64,000 bases of DNA. Origin: a virus. Under the pieces are notes generated by a model. That model saw nothing but the letters and a program-made list of their open reading frames with translations. It did no database searches and was not told the origin of the DNA. Below, in pieces: positions 35,329 through 44,027 of the stretch; position 1 is the first letter of the stretch; each line of letters starts with the position of its first letter. Where the stretch lies: positions 2,177-66,176 of the IMG/VR virus record IMGVR_UViG_3300037297_000388. One strand, given 5' to 3'. The translations under genes were made by a program, and so were the position numbers.

Positions 35329-35682
35329 ATGCCAATTAAAGAATCCGTGACAATTGATGAAGCGATAGCGGTGTTGAACAGGGCACTTGAGAAAGACCCT
35401 GCGGCCATCTCTGAGCTTTTTCTGCGCAACCGTTCACAATGCAACGATTTACTGGCGGATGACGAAACAATTCAGGTGGGACATATATTCGGCGAGACAG
35501 AATGTACGGTAGGAGTACTTGGGATACTGAACGGAATTTTCGGGATCCACGATGAAACGGGGTACGGGGCGATCGAGGCGGACGTTCGCTCCCAGAATGA
35601 AATAGTGTCATTCAAAAAAGTGGACCACTCAAAAATCAGAGACGAGACTGTTTCGATCAGGAGGCGCCATGACAAGCATTGA
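35329..35682 (+). CDS. Conserved phage hypothetical protein
   Basis: GGAGG RBS; CN..LAD..TIQV...VG.LGILNGIFG. Confidence 0.7.
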   Translation: MPIKESVTIDEAIAVLNRALEKDPAAISELFLRNRSQCNDLLADDETIQVGHIFGETECTVGVLGILNGIFGIHDETGYGAIEADVRSQNEIVSFKKVDHSKIRDETVSIRRRHDKH

Positions 35683-36100
35683 ATTCAGGATGAAGGAGCT
35701 CGCAACCGAGATCGCGGGGATGGACGTGGACGAGATCCAGTCTGTCCTCGAGAAATGCCAAGGCGTGGACACGGCGGCAGCCGTGCGGAGGCTCTGTAGC
35801 GCGATGGGACTCATTCCCCCGCGGCCGGAGATAACCGATGGTCAGATCGACGCCGCGATGGCCGACCTGTGGAAGCGCATCGGCGATGCATTTCAGAAGC
35901 ATGGACGCAAAGCCTTCACCTCTCTCTACGAAACCTACGGGGCACTGATGGCGGGGGTGCGGGAGTTCGAAAATGCGGTCCAGACGAAAGACAAGGCGGC
36001 GGTGAGGGGGGCGCTCCTCGACGTTGCCGGCGGTTGCATCATTGGTATTGCGAGTATCGACAAGTCTTATTCTGAAGCTCGCGCGCGGGGCGATTCATGA
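35669..36100 (+). CDS. Hypothetical protein (possible MazG-like helical C-terminus)
   Basis: KHG..AF.S..E.YG.L...EF..AV...VRG.LLDVA..C. Confidence 0.55.
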   Translation: MTSIEFRMKELATEIAGMDVDEIQSVLEKCQGVDTAAAVRRLCSAMGLIPPRPEITDGQIDAAMADLWKRIGDAFQKHGRKAFTSLYETYGALMAGVREFENAVQTKDKAAVRGALLDVAGGCIIGIASIDKSYSEARARGDS

Positions 36101-36471
36101 TCCAGTTGGACTTCTTTGGCTCCTTGGAGGCAGAGGGGCCAGCCACGGTGATTCCACAAGTGGTACCTCCTGCACGTCAGCCCCTGGCAAAGGTGGTTCC
36201 GTTCGAAATCCATGAGCCATTCAGCGGCATTCAGTGGCTGCATGGCATGATCGGCGCCGGCGAGTACATGGTCTTTCTATTCGGTCGGAATCCACATGTC
36301 TGTCAGGTGAAGAGCTGCTCATCATGGGAGAATGGCGTGCCAGATTTGGTTGCTCGAGCGTGGGTGATGCGGAATAAGGCTGAGGGCGTGCTGACGGGCG
36401 CTGGATACGTGCACGACTCCAACTACAGCCATGGGTTGGACTGGGCAAAAATATTTATCCGGAGGGTGTGA
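36097..36471 (+). CDS. Hypothetical protein
   Basis: ATGA-coupled. Confidence 0.55.
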   Translation: MIQLDFFGSLEAEGPATVIPQVVPPARQPLAKVVPFEIHEPFSGIQWLHGMIGAGEYMVFLFGRNPHVCQVKSCSSWENGVPDLVARAWVMRNKAEGVLTGAGYVHDSNYSHGLDWAKIFIRRV

Positions 36472-36968
36472 TGGATAAACCTGTTCTAAGAAAAGTAGCT
36501 CTCTTGGCAAAACATGGCGACCCCGGTGAACGTGACGCCGCAAAGTTCATCCTCGAAAAGCAAGGGACCACCGCGGAAGAGGTGTTGTCCGAGACGGAAG
36601 ATGAGACTGAAATCGTCGATGTGACTTTCAAGAATTCCATGGAGCGGGAATTGGTGGCGCAAGTATTTTTTAAAATCACAAATGCTGCGGATTTTGAGTA
36701 TTACAGGTATGGAAGTCGACGCATCGGGGCGGTCCTTCCAACATCAAAAGCCAGCCGATTCAAAGAAGACGTCAAGACGGTACTTGGACTCTGGCGCAAA
36801 GAACTCAAAAAGTTTCGCATAGCATTCATCGCAGCCAATCAGTTGTGGTCTGACAGGCCAGGGGTGGCGTCTCCTCTTTCCCAAAAGGAGATTGCGGAGA
36901 TCATGGCCATGGCGGCGTCAATAAAGACGACTGCACTTGGTCCTCTCCTGGAAGGGAGGAGATGTTGA
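36468..36968 (+). CDS. DUF2786-like protein
   Basis: LRKVALLAKHGDPGERDAAKFILEK. Confidence 0.55.
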   Translation: MMDKPVLRKVALLAKHGDPGERDAAKFILEKQGTTAEEVLSETEDETEIVDVTFKNSMERELVAQVFFKITNAADFEYYRYGSRRIGAVLPTSKASRFKEDVKTVLGLWRKELKKFRIAFIAANQLWSDRPGVASPLSQKEIAEIMAMAASIKTTALGPLLEGRRC

Positions 36969-36972
36969 AAAA

Positions 36973-37344
36973 ATGAACGAGAGAACGACTATTCAGGTTG
37001 GAGACACGACGTGGTCGGATGCGACGCCTGATGAAATTTTGGCTGACATCGCCGAATGCACGAAACTAATCGGACGAAACAAGGACAAGGATGATATCGG
37101 CGCCGTGCTCGTGAATCCCGGGGAAAAACCTCTTAAGTCGTTCCTGGAGTCGAAGGGCATCCAGGTTGATTCCAGCCCAATGGCACTACCTTTATCTTTT
37201 TGTGGTATTCCAGTCATCTTAGACAGAAGGATCAAGGTAGGGCAATTTCTACCCGTTCCGAAGAGGCTCATACCTGATGGTTGGCCGCGAGTCCTGGACT
37301 CCGTCGGTTATCGTCTTGCCTCCGATGCACCGGATGAGCCATGA
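36973..37344 (+). CDS. Hypothetical protein
   Basis: GGGAGG RBS; coupled to the next gene. Confidence 0.55.
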   Translation: MNERTTIQVGDTTWSDATPDEILADIAECTKLIGRNKDKDDIGAVLVNPGEKPLKSFLESKGIQVDSSPMALPLSFCGIPVILDRRIKVGQFLPVPKRLIPDGWPRVLDSVGYRLASDAPDEP

Positions 37345-37931
37345 AAGCTTTGACAATCTGGCCAGAATGGGCGTGGGCGATCTGCCAAATCGAAAAGGAT
37401 GTCGAAAATCGGACATGGACACCGCCGTCATCGGTTATCGGCCAGCGGATCGCCATCCATGCGGGTAAGAATATTGGCGGACGGTACAACCCACCCAATG
37501 CTGCAGCGAATTTTGGACTCGTAGCGGAGATGGCTGTGCACGCTGGAATAGAGTTGCGCCCCATCTACCGCCTTGGTGTCGCAATTGGCTTCTCGTGGTA
37601 TCGGTGTGAGAACGGCAACGTCAAAGAGATGAACCAATTTTTTGCATCGTTGCCGACAGGGGGAGTGGTGGCAACGGCCAAGATTTCTGGCTGGAGCAAA
37701 AGTTCCTCATCTCCGTGGGCGGTACCAGGGCAGGTTCATTGGCAGCTTGAAGAGGTGCAGGTGCTTCCCCAGCGGATACCTTGCCGTGGCGCGCAGGGGC
37801 TTTGGCCGTTGCCGGAGGATGTTGAATCGAAAATTCTCATCGCGGCAACATGCCCTCCGGTACCACACGTTACCGACGGAAATAATGATCGAGACGATGG
37901 CGCCATGGATGGGCAGTTAGAACTGTTTTGA
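37341..37931 (+). CDS. ASCH-domain protein
   Basis: KALTIWPEWAWAI...KDVENRTW...RIAIHAGK...GGVVATA...PW...HWQL...PCRGAQGLW. Confidence 0.85.
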   Translation: MKALTIWPEWAWAICQIEKDVENRTWTPPSSVIGQRIAIHAGKNIGGRYNPPNAAANFGLVAEMAVHAGIELRPIYRLGVAIGFSWYRCENGNVKEMNQFFASLPTGGVVATAKISGWSKSSSSPWAVPGQVHWQLEEVQVLPQRIPCRGAQGLWPLPEDVESKILIAATCPPVPHVTDGNNDRDDGAMDGQLELF

Positions 37932-38452
37932 TGGACCTTCTGTTCCCAGATATGGCAATGACAGAGGAGGAAGCCATCGCCGCGATGGAGCGCGGGGCGG
38001 TCTTCTCGGAGTGCCGCCGGTACCGGACTCGGTTGTTTCGTACATGGGATCGGACTCGCCCCGGTGTTCTCTTTGTCATGCTGAATCCGTCGACGGCCGA
38101 TGCCGAAGTGGACGACCCAACGGTGAGGAGGTGCATCGGGTTCGCGGTCCGGTGGGGCTACGGCCACCTCGAGGTACGGAATCTCTTCGCCCTGCGGTCG
38201 ACATCCCCACGTGGGCTCTACACCGCTGAGGACCCGGTCGGCAACAACCCGCTCATCTACCCAGGAGATGGATTCGACAGGGTTGTGGTGGCATGGGGAA
38301 ATCATGGGTCTCTGGCTGGCCGCGGTGACGCGGCGCTCGAGATGTTGGTCAAGGATGGTCCCCCTGTTTATCATTTTGGACTCACTCAAGAGGGGCATTC
38401 GCGGCACCCTCTCTATCTTCGGAACGATGCTGAGTTAAACGAGGTGCGATGA
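37928..38452 (+). CDS. DUF1643-family protein
   Basis: FSECRRYR..L.R.W, FVMLNPSTAD...DDPTVRRC, NLFALRST, AWG..G, RHPLY. Confidence 0.88.
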   Translation: MMDLLFPDMAMTEEEAIAAMERGAVFSECRRYRTRLFRTWDRTRPGVLFVMLNPSTADAEVDDPTVRRCIGFAVRWGYGHLEVRNLFALRSTSPRGLYTAEDPVGNNPLIYPGDGFDRVVVAWGNHGSLAGRGDAALEMLVKDGPPVYHFGLTQEGHSRHPLYLRNDAELNEVR

Positions 38453-38697
38453 TGGTGGTATATCTCACGATGCTGAAACTGCGGCTGAAGTTGCGGCTGA
38501 AATTACGAAAATTGCGGTCGAGGCAGATGAAAAATAGGGAGAAGGAGGCGCAGCGTAGAAGTTTTGCATATGGCAACGCCTCCGAGTCCAATCCTGCGGT
38601 GACTCGACAGATGGTGGATGAGGCTGCCGATCGGATATATCGTGGATCCGATGTCGAAAGAGCGGCGGCTGATCCATTGGGAAATAAGGAAAAATAG
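38449..38697 (+). CDS. Small basic hypothetical protein
   Basis: KLRL repeats; end of the gene run. Confidence 0.35.
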   Translation: MMVVYLTMLKLRLKLRLKLRKLRSRQMKNREKEAQRRSFAYGNASESNPAVTRQMVDEAADRIYRGSDVERAAADPLGNKEK

Positions 38698-38719
38698 TTA
38701 TATTTTTTGATTAAATTGC

Positions 38720-38748
38720 TTGACAATATAAACTATTAGCCTTACTCT
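38720..38748 (+). promoter_or_regulatory. Sigma70-like promoter of the second recombinase
   Basis: TTGACA-17-TACTCT. Confidence 0.65.
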
Positions 38749-38779
38749 TATTTCAGATGATGCGGAAACGCAAAGGAGG

Positions 38780-39712
38780 TTGATGATGGACACTGCACTG
38801 GCATTAATGGTTGATGACTCGAGGCAGGTCGCCGCCGGCGCAAAGGCAACGAACACGAAGCGCGCCTACCGCGGGGACTGGGATCGATTTGTGGCGTGGT
38901 GCATCGATGTAGGGACGGACTACTTGCCGGCGAGCTCGCAGACGGTTGCTGCCTACCTGGTACGGCTCGCGCGCGAGGGGCGCCGTGTGTCGACGGTTGA
39001 GCGGGCTGCCGCGGCCATCTCTCAGGCTCATCAGATGGCGGGGGAGGTGCCCCCTACGTCATCGGTCGTGGTACGGGAGACGATGAAGGGGCTTCGACGA
39101 GAGGTCGGTACCGCTCAGTCGCAGAAAGCCCCGGTGATGGCTGAGCATCTCCGCAGGATGGTGGAGCATCTCCCGTGGACTCCCCTGGGGCTCCGGGACC
39201 GGGCACTACTGCTTCTCGGGTGGTCAGGGGCGTTCCGTCGTTCGGAGATCGTGGCACTCAACGTGGAGGATATCGAGGAGTCGCCAGAGGGAATGGTGGT
39301 CACCGTCCGTAGGAGCAAGACGGACCAAGATGGAAACGGGAGACGAGTCGGAATCCCCTTCGGCGAACAGCTCTGCCCCGTGCGAGCAGTGCGATCCTGG
39401 TTGATCTCGGCGGGGATATCCTCGGGCCCGATCTTCCGGCCGATATCCCGAGGTGGGCGGGTGCTCGACAGGAGGATCAGCGACAAGACGGTAGCCCGGG
39501 CCGTGAAGGGGGCCGCGGAGGCCGCCGGCTACGACGCGAAGAAGTACGCGGGGCACTCCCTGCGCTCCGGATTCGCCACCGAGGCGGGCCGGGCTGGGAA
39601 ATCCGAGCGCTCCATCATGCGTCAGACTGGCCATCGCTCCGAGCGGCAGGTCCGTCGGTACATCCAGGACGGTAGACTGTTCGAGGATTGTGCAGCCGTT
39701 GGGCTGCTATGA
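38780..39712 (+). CDS. Second tyrosine recombinase (Cre/resolvase-like with N-terminal SAM-like domain)
   Basis: NTKRAYRGDW, RDRALLLLGWSGAFRRSEI, RRSKTDQ, GHSLRSGF, TGHRS...RY. Confidence 0.92.
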   Translation: MMMDTALALMVDDSRQVAAGAKATNTKRAYRGDWDRFVAWCIDVGTDYLPASSQTVAAYLVRLAREGRRVSTVERAAAAISQAHQMAGEVPPTSSVVVRETMKGLRREVGTAQSQKAPVMAEHLRRMVEHLPWTPLGLRDRALLLLGWSGAFRRSEIVALNVEDIEESPEGMVVTVRRSKTDQDGNGRRVGIPFGEQLCPVRAVRSWLISAGISSGPIFRPISRGGRVLDRRISDKTVARAVKGAAEAAGYDAKKYAGHSLRSGFATEAGRAGKSERSIMRQTGHRSERQVRRYIQDGRLFEDCAAVGLL

Positions 39713-39880
39713 TAGTTGCGGTCAGTATCCCCACGCCAGGAATAATTTCAGGAATAATTTATCCCAATCACAGATGGTGTTGCTTCCCTATAAGGCATTA
39801 AATGCCGCGTATGGCGGCTATGTTGGAAGGTAAGATCCAGGAAAAAAACCCAACAAGGTAGAAAAAAACACAAAAAATAG

Positions 39881-39909
39881 TTGACAAGGATAAAAGCAGG
39901 GCTGATATT
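39881..39909 (+). promoter_or_regulatory. Sigma70-like promoter
   Basis: TTGACA-17-GATATT with TTGACAAGGA motif. Confidence 0.55.
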
Positions 39910-39989
39910 AGGCGAAGAACATGGCGGGTGGTGAATACTTCGGCATGGTGTCACCACCCATAATTAAAAAATGCCGATACGGTGATAAA

Positions 39990-41399
39990 ATGGCTCGAAA
40001 ATTGGTAGAGCGGCCTCAGACGATAATCGGTTTTAAGTCTTCAAACGTGAAGCGGCTGTGTGCCGTCGAAATATCCCTAGAAGAGGGAAACCCCATCGTG
40101 CTCATCGGTGGAAGGAACGGCCAGGGAAAGAGTAGCGTGCTCGACTCGATTATGTACGCGCTCACAGGAAAAAATATCCCCAAGTCCGTGCTGCATGACG
40201 GAGCAGACCGCGCGGAGACATGCATCGAGACACAGGATCTATTTATCAAATTTGTCATCACCAAAAGTTCGTCACGCCTTGAGGTTCGTCCGCGGCACAT
40301 CGACATGGCCATTCAGAAGCCAAGGTTGGCGCTGAATAACATGATCGGAAAGATCTCCTTCGACCCGATGGAGTTCAATCGTTTGTCTGGCAGGAAGCAG
40401 GGCGATGAGCTCAAAAAGATCGTCGGGGTTGATTTCTCAGACATTGACCAGATCTTACTGGACGCCCGCGATGAGCGGACGGGGGTAAACAGGGACCTCA
40501 AAAGGGCACAGGTAGTGCTCGGCGAGCTTCCCTACTTCACAGACGCAGGCGAGGAGGAGGCTTCTGCCAGCGAACTGATGGAGGAATACCGTGGTATTCA
40601 GGCGCAAAACAGCGAGATTGGGCGGCTAGAGGGCGAGAAACGGGACAGAGAGCAAGGGATTGGGGAGCTGGACCGCGATATTGAGCGGACCCTTGACGAA
40701 ATAGAGAAGCTCAAGGAAAGGGTCGTGTCGCTAAAACATAGTCGCGACGAGCTCGCAGAAGAGCTTTCGCAGATCTCCAGCATTCTGTCCGATAAGGAGC
40801 TTCAAGACACCTCTGAGATTGAGGCACGTATCGCAGGCGTTGACGATAACAACAGAAAAGTCAGGGCGAACGCCGAATACCAGAAGCAGCAAGAGATAGT
40901 CGAAGCCCTTAACAGGGAGTCATCGACGTTAAACGAGAAGATAGGGGAGATAGAGAAAGAGCGCCAAGCCAGGATAGCCGCAGCTGATATGCCGGTAGAC
41001 GGGTTGGCGTTCAGCGAGGACGGAGAACTGATATTCAACGGTCGACCCCTGGAGGTTTGCTCTCAGTCCGAAAAACTACGCGTGTCCGTGGCTATCGCCA
41101 TGGCAGGAAGCCCAGACCTGAGAATCATTCTAGTTCGCGAGGGGTCGGCTCTGGATTCAGAATCGCTACGCACGCTCGGCAAGTGCGCCGCGGAGTATGG
41201 CGCAAGCGTTTGGGTGGAGCAGGTAATGGAGGAGCCGAAAGAGGGCGTGATTTTCATTGAGGACGGGATGGTGCTCAACGACAAGCGCGTTCAGTCAGAG
41301 CACGAGAAACGGAGCGGAATTGCCGCTACCGCTGGTCCCCTCGCAAAGGATGGGGGTGAGAAAGATGGGAAAGACGCAAATACTGGACAGTCATCTTGA
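39990..41399 (+). CDS. SMC/Rad50-like coiled-coil ATPase
   Basis: GGRNGQGKSSVLD Walker A, long coiled coil, CSQSEK signature, IILVREG Walker-B-like; start could be 39921. Confidence 0.85.
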   Translation: MARKLVERPQTIIGFKSSNVKRLCAVEISLEEGNPIVLIGGRNGQGKSSVLDSIMYALTGKNIPKSVLHDGADRAETCIETQDLFIKFVITKSSSRLEVRPRHIDMAIQKPRLALNNMIGKISFDPMEFNRLSGRKQGDELKKIVGVDFSDIDQILLDARDERTGVNRDLKRAQVVLGELPYFTDAGEEEASASELMEEYRGIQAQNSEIGRLEGEKRDREQGIGELDRDIERTLDEIEKLKERVVSLKHSRDELAEELSQISSILSDKELQDTSEIEARIAGVDDNNRKVRANAEYQKQQEIVEALNRESSTLNEKIGEIEKERQARIAAADMPVDGLAFSEDGELIFNGRPLEVCSQSEKLRVSVAIAMAGSPDLRIILVREGSALDSESLRTLGKCAAEYGASVWVEQVMEEPKEGVIFIEDGMVLNDKRVQSEHEKRSGIAATAGPLAKDGGEKDGKDANTGQSS

Positions 41400-41598
41400 A
41401 GAAGAGGCAATGAGAAGGATCATCGAACCAATTATGAGGCACCCTGGAGTAAGGAACGTGTTTCGTGAGCTTATCCGCGACGCTGGGGACGTCGCCCTCG
41501 AGGCGGTGCTCTGGAGCAAACTCAGGGAAGTCACAGAGCGAAAGCTGCAGGATTGCCAAAACAGAGAAAGGACGGGCCGCCTCTTGCCGGCCGTATAG
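41365..41598 (+). CDS. Hypothetical protein
   Basis: 77-aa ORF between the ATPase and transglycosylase genes. Confidence 0.45.
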   Translation: MGKTQILDSHLEEEAMRRIIEPIMRHPGVRNVFRELIRDAGDVALEAVLWSKLREVTERKLQDCQNRERTGRLLPAV

Positions 41599-41605
41599 AT
41601 AAACT

Positions 41606-42397
41606 ATGCTCAGATTTGTTACATCGCCGAGCAAACTCGGCTTGTCGATTATGTTAGCCATTGCTTTTATGGTCGGGGCCATCATCGCACCGGAACGGTC
41701 AACAGCGGACAAGGTGTCCGCAGACCCCATGTTTGATGCGTCATTGAATGCTCCTTTGAATGCTCCTTCGTCAGATCCATTGATGGTGGCCCCGACCGCT
41801 TTTGTCAAAAAGGTCGGACAGATGTCTGTCCGCATCCGGAGTATCGCTGGAGAGCAGTGGTTTGTCTGCGGTGAACAGCTCTCCGTTGAGCGATCTGAAG
41901 ACGTATCTGTCGCGATAGCCAACTCTCTGTTGACCAACATCGAGAGCGTCGGGCTTGATGTCGAGCCCATGGGTGTTCTCGCCACCATGTACAACGAGAG
42001 CGGGTTTGATCCCTGCGCACTTGGAACAACACCACGGAAGTGGGCCCAAGGCGTTGGGCTGCTCAAAAAAAAGAAGAGAACCATCAGCTACTCGAGAGCG
42101 GAGGTACTCGGTGTTGTCAATGACCAGCGCGCAATCCGACGGTTTGCCGGTACAGGCTTCGACCTCGGACTATGTCAGATCCTCTCTAAATACTACAGGG
42201 GGGAGAAGGAGAACCTCTTGAGTATTGGTGAAGGCGCGCGGCTTTGCGTGATCGAGATGCAGAGCAGGGCGCGGATGTACCGGACCAGTACCCCATGGCT
42301 GTATTGGCGGGGGAAGGAGACCGCGTGGTACCGGATTAAGATCCGGAAATGGGCGATGCGTATGGGGGCTACGTCTTCGGAAATGCGTGGGATTTAA
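41606..42397 (+). CDS. Exported lytic transglycosylase (SLT/lysozyme-like) protein
   Basis: N-terminal hydrophobic segment; ATMYNESGFDP (catalytic Glu), DLGLCQI. Confidence 0.7.
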   Translation: MLRFVTSPSKLGLSIMLAIAFMVGAIIAPERSTADKVSADPMFDASLNAPLNAPSSDPLMVAPTAFVKKVGQMSVRIRSIAGEQWFVCGEQLSVERSEDVSVAIANSLLTNIESVGLDVEPMGVLATMYNESGFDPCALGTTPRKWAQGVGLLKKKKRTISYSRAEVLGVVNDQRAIRRFAGTGFDLGLCQILSKYYRGEKENLLSIGEGARLCVIEMQSRARMYRTSTPWLYWRGKETAWYRIKIRKWAMRMGATSSEMRGI

Positions 42398-42399
42398 AA

Positions 42400-42507
42400 T
42401 GGTCGGTGGCGAAATGGTAGACGCACGTGAGTGGAGATACTTGCCTGGGCCCCGAAGTACAAGGCGCGCCCAGAAGCTCCATCCTGGTTCGAATCCAGGC
42501 CGACCCA
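42400..42507 (+). ncRNA. tRNA-like RNA A with extended non-canonical anticodon/variable arm
   Basis: Acceptor (T)GGTCGG/CCGACC(C)A, D-arm GCG-AAATGGTAGA-CGC, T-arm CCTGG-TTCGAAT-CCAGG; middle is TGGAG/CTCCA plus CTGGGC/GCCCAG helices. Confidence 0.75.
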
Positions 42508-42711
42508 CAACGTTAGAGGCCGAATAGGCAGTAACGATTGCCCGCAAGGGCCCCCGACGCTGCGCGGGGTTACGGCAAGGGTTGTTCCTGCCAACGCAGC
42601 ACATTTTACAGCGCGGAAATGCGCTCGACCGGCGCACAATAAGCATGGCCAGAATCAGGATGGCAAATTCTGTCAACAAGACCGCCACGATCCGGTGAGA
42701 GGCCGGAAATT
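42508..42711 (+). ncRNA. Hairpin-rich linker between the tRNA-like units
   Basis: GCCC-GCAA-GGGC, GGCA...TGCC, GCGC-GGAAAT-GCGC and CCGG-TGAGAGG-CCGG hairpins. Confidence 0.5.
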
Positions 42712-42909
42712 GGGTCGGTGACCGATATGGAAATCGGTGAAGTTTGACGAGGTTTGTAGTGGATAAAGCGATGCGTGAAACACTGCTAAAAATGAATATG
42801 TAGCAATGTTAACGGATGCGGAAGGAGAATGGGCAGCAATATTTGGTCTGGCAAGTGTACCAAGCTGTCAACCAACTTTCCACCCCGGGTTCGAACCCCG
42901 GCCGACCCA
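42712..42909 (+). ncRNA. tRNA-like RNA B with ~125-nt insert replacing the anticodon loop
   Basis: 7-bp acceptor GGGTCGG/CCGACCC+A, D-arm ACCGAT/ATCGGT, stem AAGTT/AACTT plus TGAC/GTCA, T-arm CCGGG-TTCGAAC-CCCGG. Confidence 0.75.
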
Positions 42910-42929
42910 CCGCCATGAAAGGAGGCATT

Positions 42930-43145
42930 ATGGGAGATTTGATTTCACAGATTGAAAATTGGTTCCGATATCATCCACCGAAGGGTGATCAGGCAGAACG
43001 GTACGAGCGTATTCGCGCTTCCGCCAAAGATCTGGCGATGGTGATTGCTGAGTGCACACCACTGTCGGCCGATCAAACCGCGGCACTCAGGCAGCTCCGT
43101 CAGTGCGTGATGACGGCGAACGCCTCTATCGCGTGTAACGAGTAA
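42930..43145 (+). CDS. Acb2/Tad1-like helical-hairpin protein (candidate signalling-nucleotide sponge)
   Basis: AAGGAGG RBS; FRYHPP..DQ.ERYERIR..AK.LA..I....P.SADQT.ALRQL..CVM.ANASIA. Confidence 0.6.
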   Translation: MGDLISQIENWFRYHPPKGDQAERYERIRASAKDLAMVIAECTPLSADQTAALRQLRQCVMTANASIACNE

Positions 43146-43159
43146 CGAGTAACGGGCAT

Positions 43160-43179
43160 GGTTCAAGTCCGTCATGCCA
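43160..43179 (+). repeat. Stand-alone copy of the 3' tail of the tnpB-derived repeat
   Basis: GGTTCAAGTCCGTCATGCCA differs by 1 nt from the end of copy 1 (772-791). Confidence 0.65.
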
Positions 43180-43252
43180 ATGACTCAAAGCCTACCAATT
43201 TCTACCGGCTCCGGTTTGGCCCTGTCCTCAAAAAGGTGGCCCCTCCAACCCT

Positions 43253-43290
43253 GGGGAGGCGCCGTCGCCTCGGCGCCTCCCCTATCTTTT
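43253..43290 (+). terminator. Intrinsic terminator
   Basis: 12-bp GC stem GGGGAGGCGCCG/CGGCGCCTCCCC followed by TATCTTTT. Confidence 0.75.
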
Positions 43291-43306
43291 CACAAAGGAG
43301 TACCTG

Positions 43307-43576
43307 ATGCATGATGACTACAATCGGTTGGAGAAAGTTCCATACCCAAATACTTCATCTCAAGATCAAGTGGCGAGTCCAGACGCGGTGACCAACCAAT
43401 GCAAACCGCGGGTGATTTTTGTCTGCGGATCGAACGGCAACCCGGAATTCTGCATGCACGGTGGCTGCTTCCCCGGGAAGAAAACCTGCCGGTTTTCATC
43501 GAAGCACCGCGGTATCTTTCTTTGCGTAAGCCGTGAGGCTCACATTGACTCCGGTGTGGTCGCACAAGAAACCTAA
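43307..43576 (+). CDS. Small Cys/His-rich hypothetical protein
   Basis: AAAGGAG RBS; C..H..C...C...C..H. Confidence 0.55.
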   Translation: MHDDYNRLEKVPYPNTSSQDQVASPDAVTNQCKPRVIFVCGSNGNPEFCMHGGCFPGKKTCRFSSKHRGIFLCVSREAHIDSGVVAQET

Positions 43577-43740
43577 CCAATACGGAGGCCCCTGCAGCTG
43601 GAATGGCGCACATGACAAAAACAAACAACCAAGGAGTGCAAATCTATGGTAGCGAACTCACGGGTAAATGCTGCGGCGCCGGGGGCCTTTTTTAAAATAG
43701 GTTTTTTTGGACTTAACCCGCGCGAATATTGGTTAACAAA

Positions 43741-43921
43741 ATGACGCACCTGTTGCACAAGATCCGGATCAACGAACACGTCGCCCAGGGGCACTGGGAG
43801 ACGCAAAACGGACGTGGAGAGGGCGTAAGTCTGTGGGCTGGCCCCAGCAATCCTCAGTGAAGCGTCAAGGCGGCTGCCATGGCTGTTAAAAAACAGACAT
43901 CGGTTCAAGTCCGCTATGCCA
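43741..43921 (+). mobile_element. tnpB-derived element / omegaRNA-like scaffold, copy 4
   Basis: Mini-ORF 43741-43860 MTHLLHKIRINEHVAQGHWETQNGRGEGV; core 43778-43921. Confidence 0.75.
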
Positions 43922-44027
43922 AAGCGGTGATCCTTGTTTCCGAGCGCGGGCTCCACCACCACATCACAGAATCTCACGGAAAACCGATTCGATACGTCGC
44001 CCTGACTGCAAACTGGGGGCTTGCAAC

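Noticed and set aside
42712-42909. Canonical tmRNA (ssrA)
   Set aside because: 198 nt, full D-arm, no G3-U70, tag does not end in AA; kept as a tRNA-like RNA
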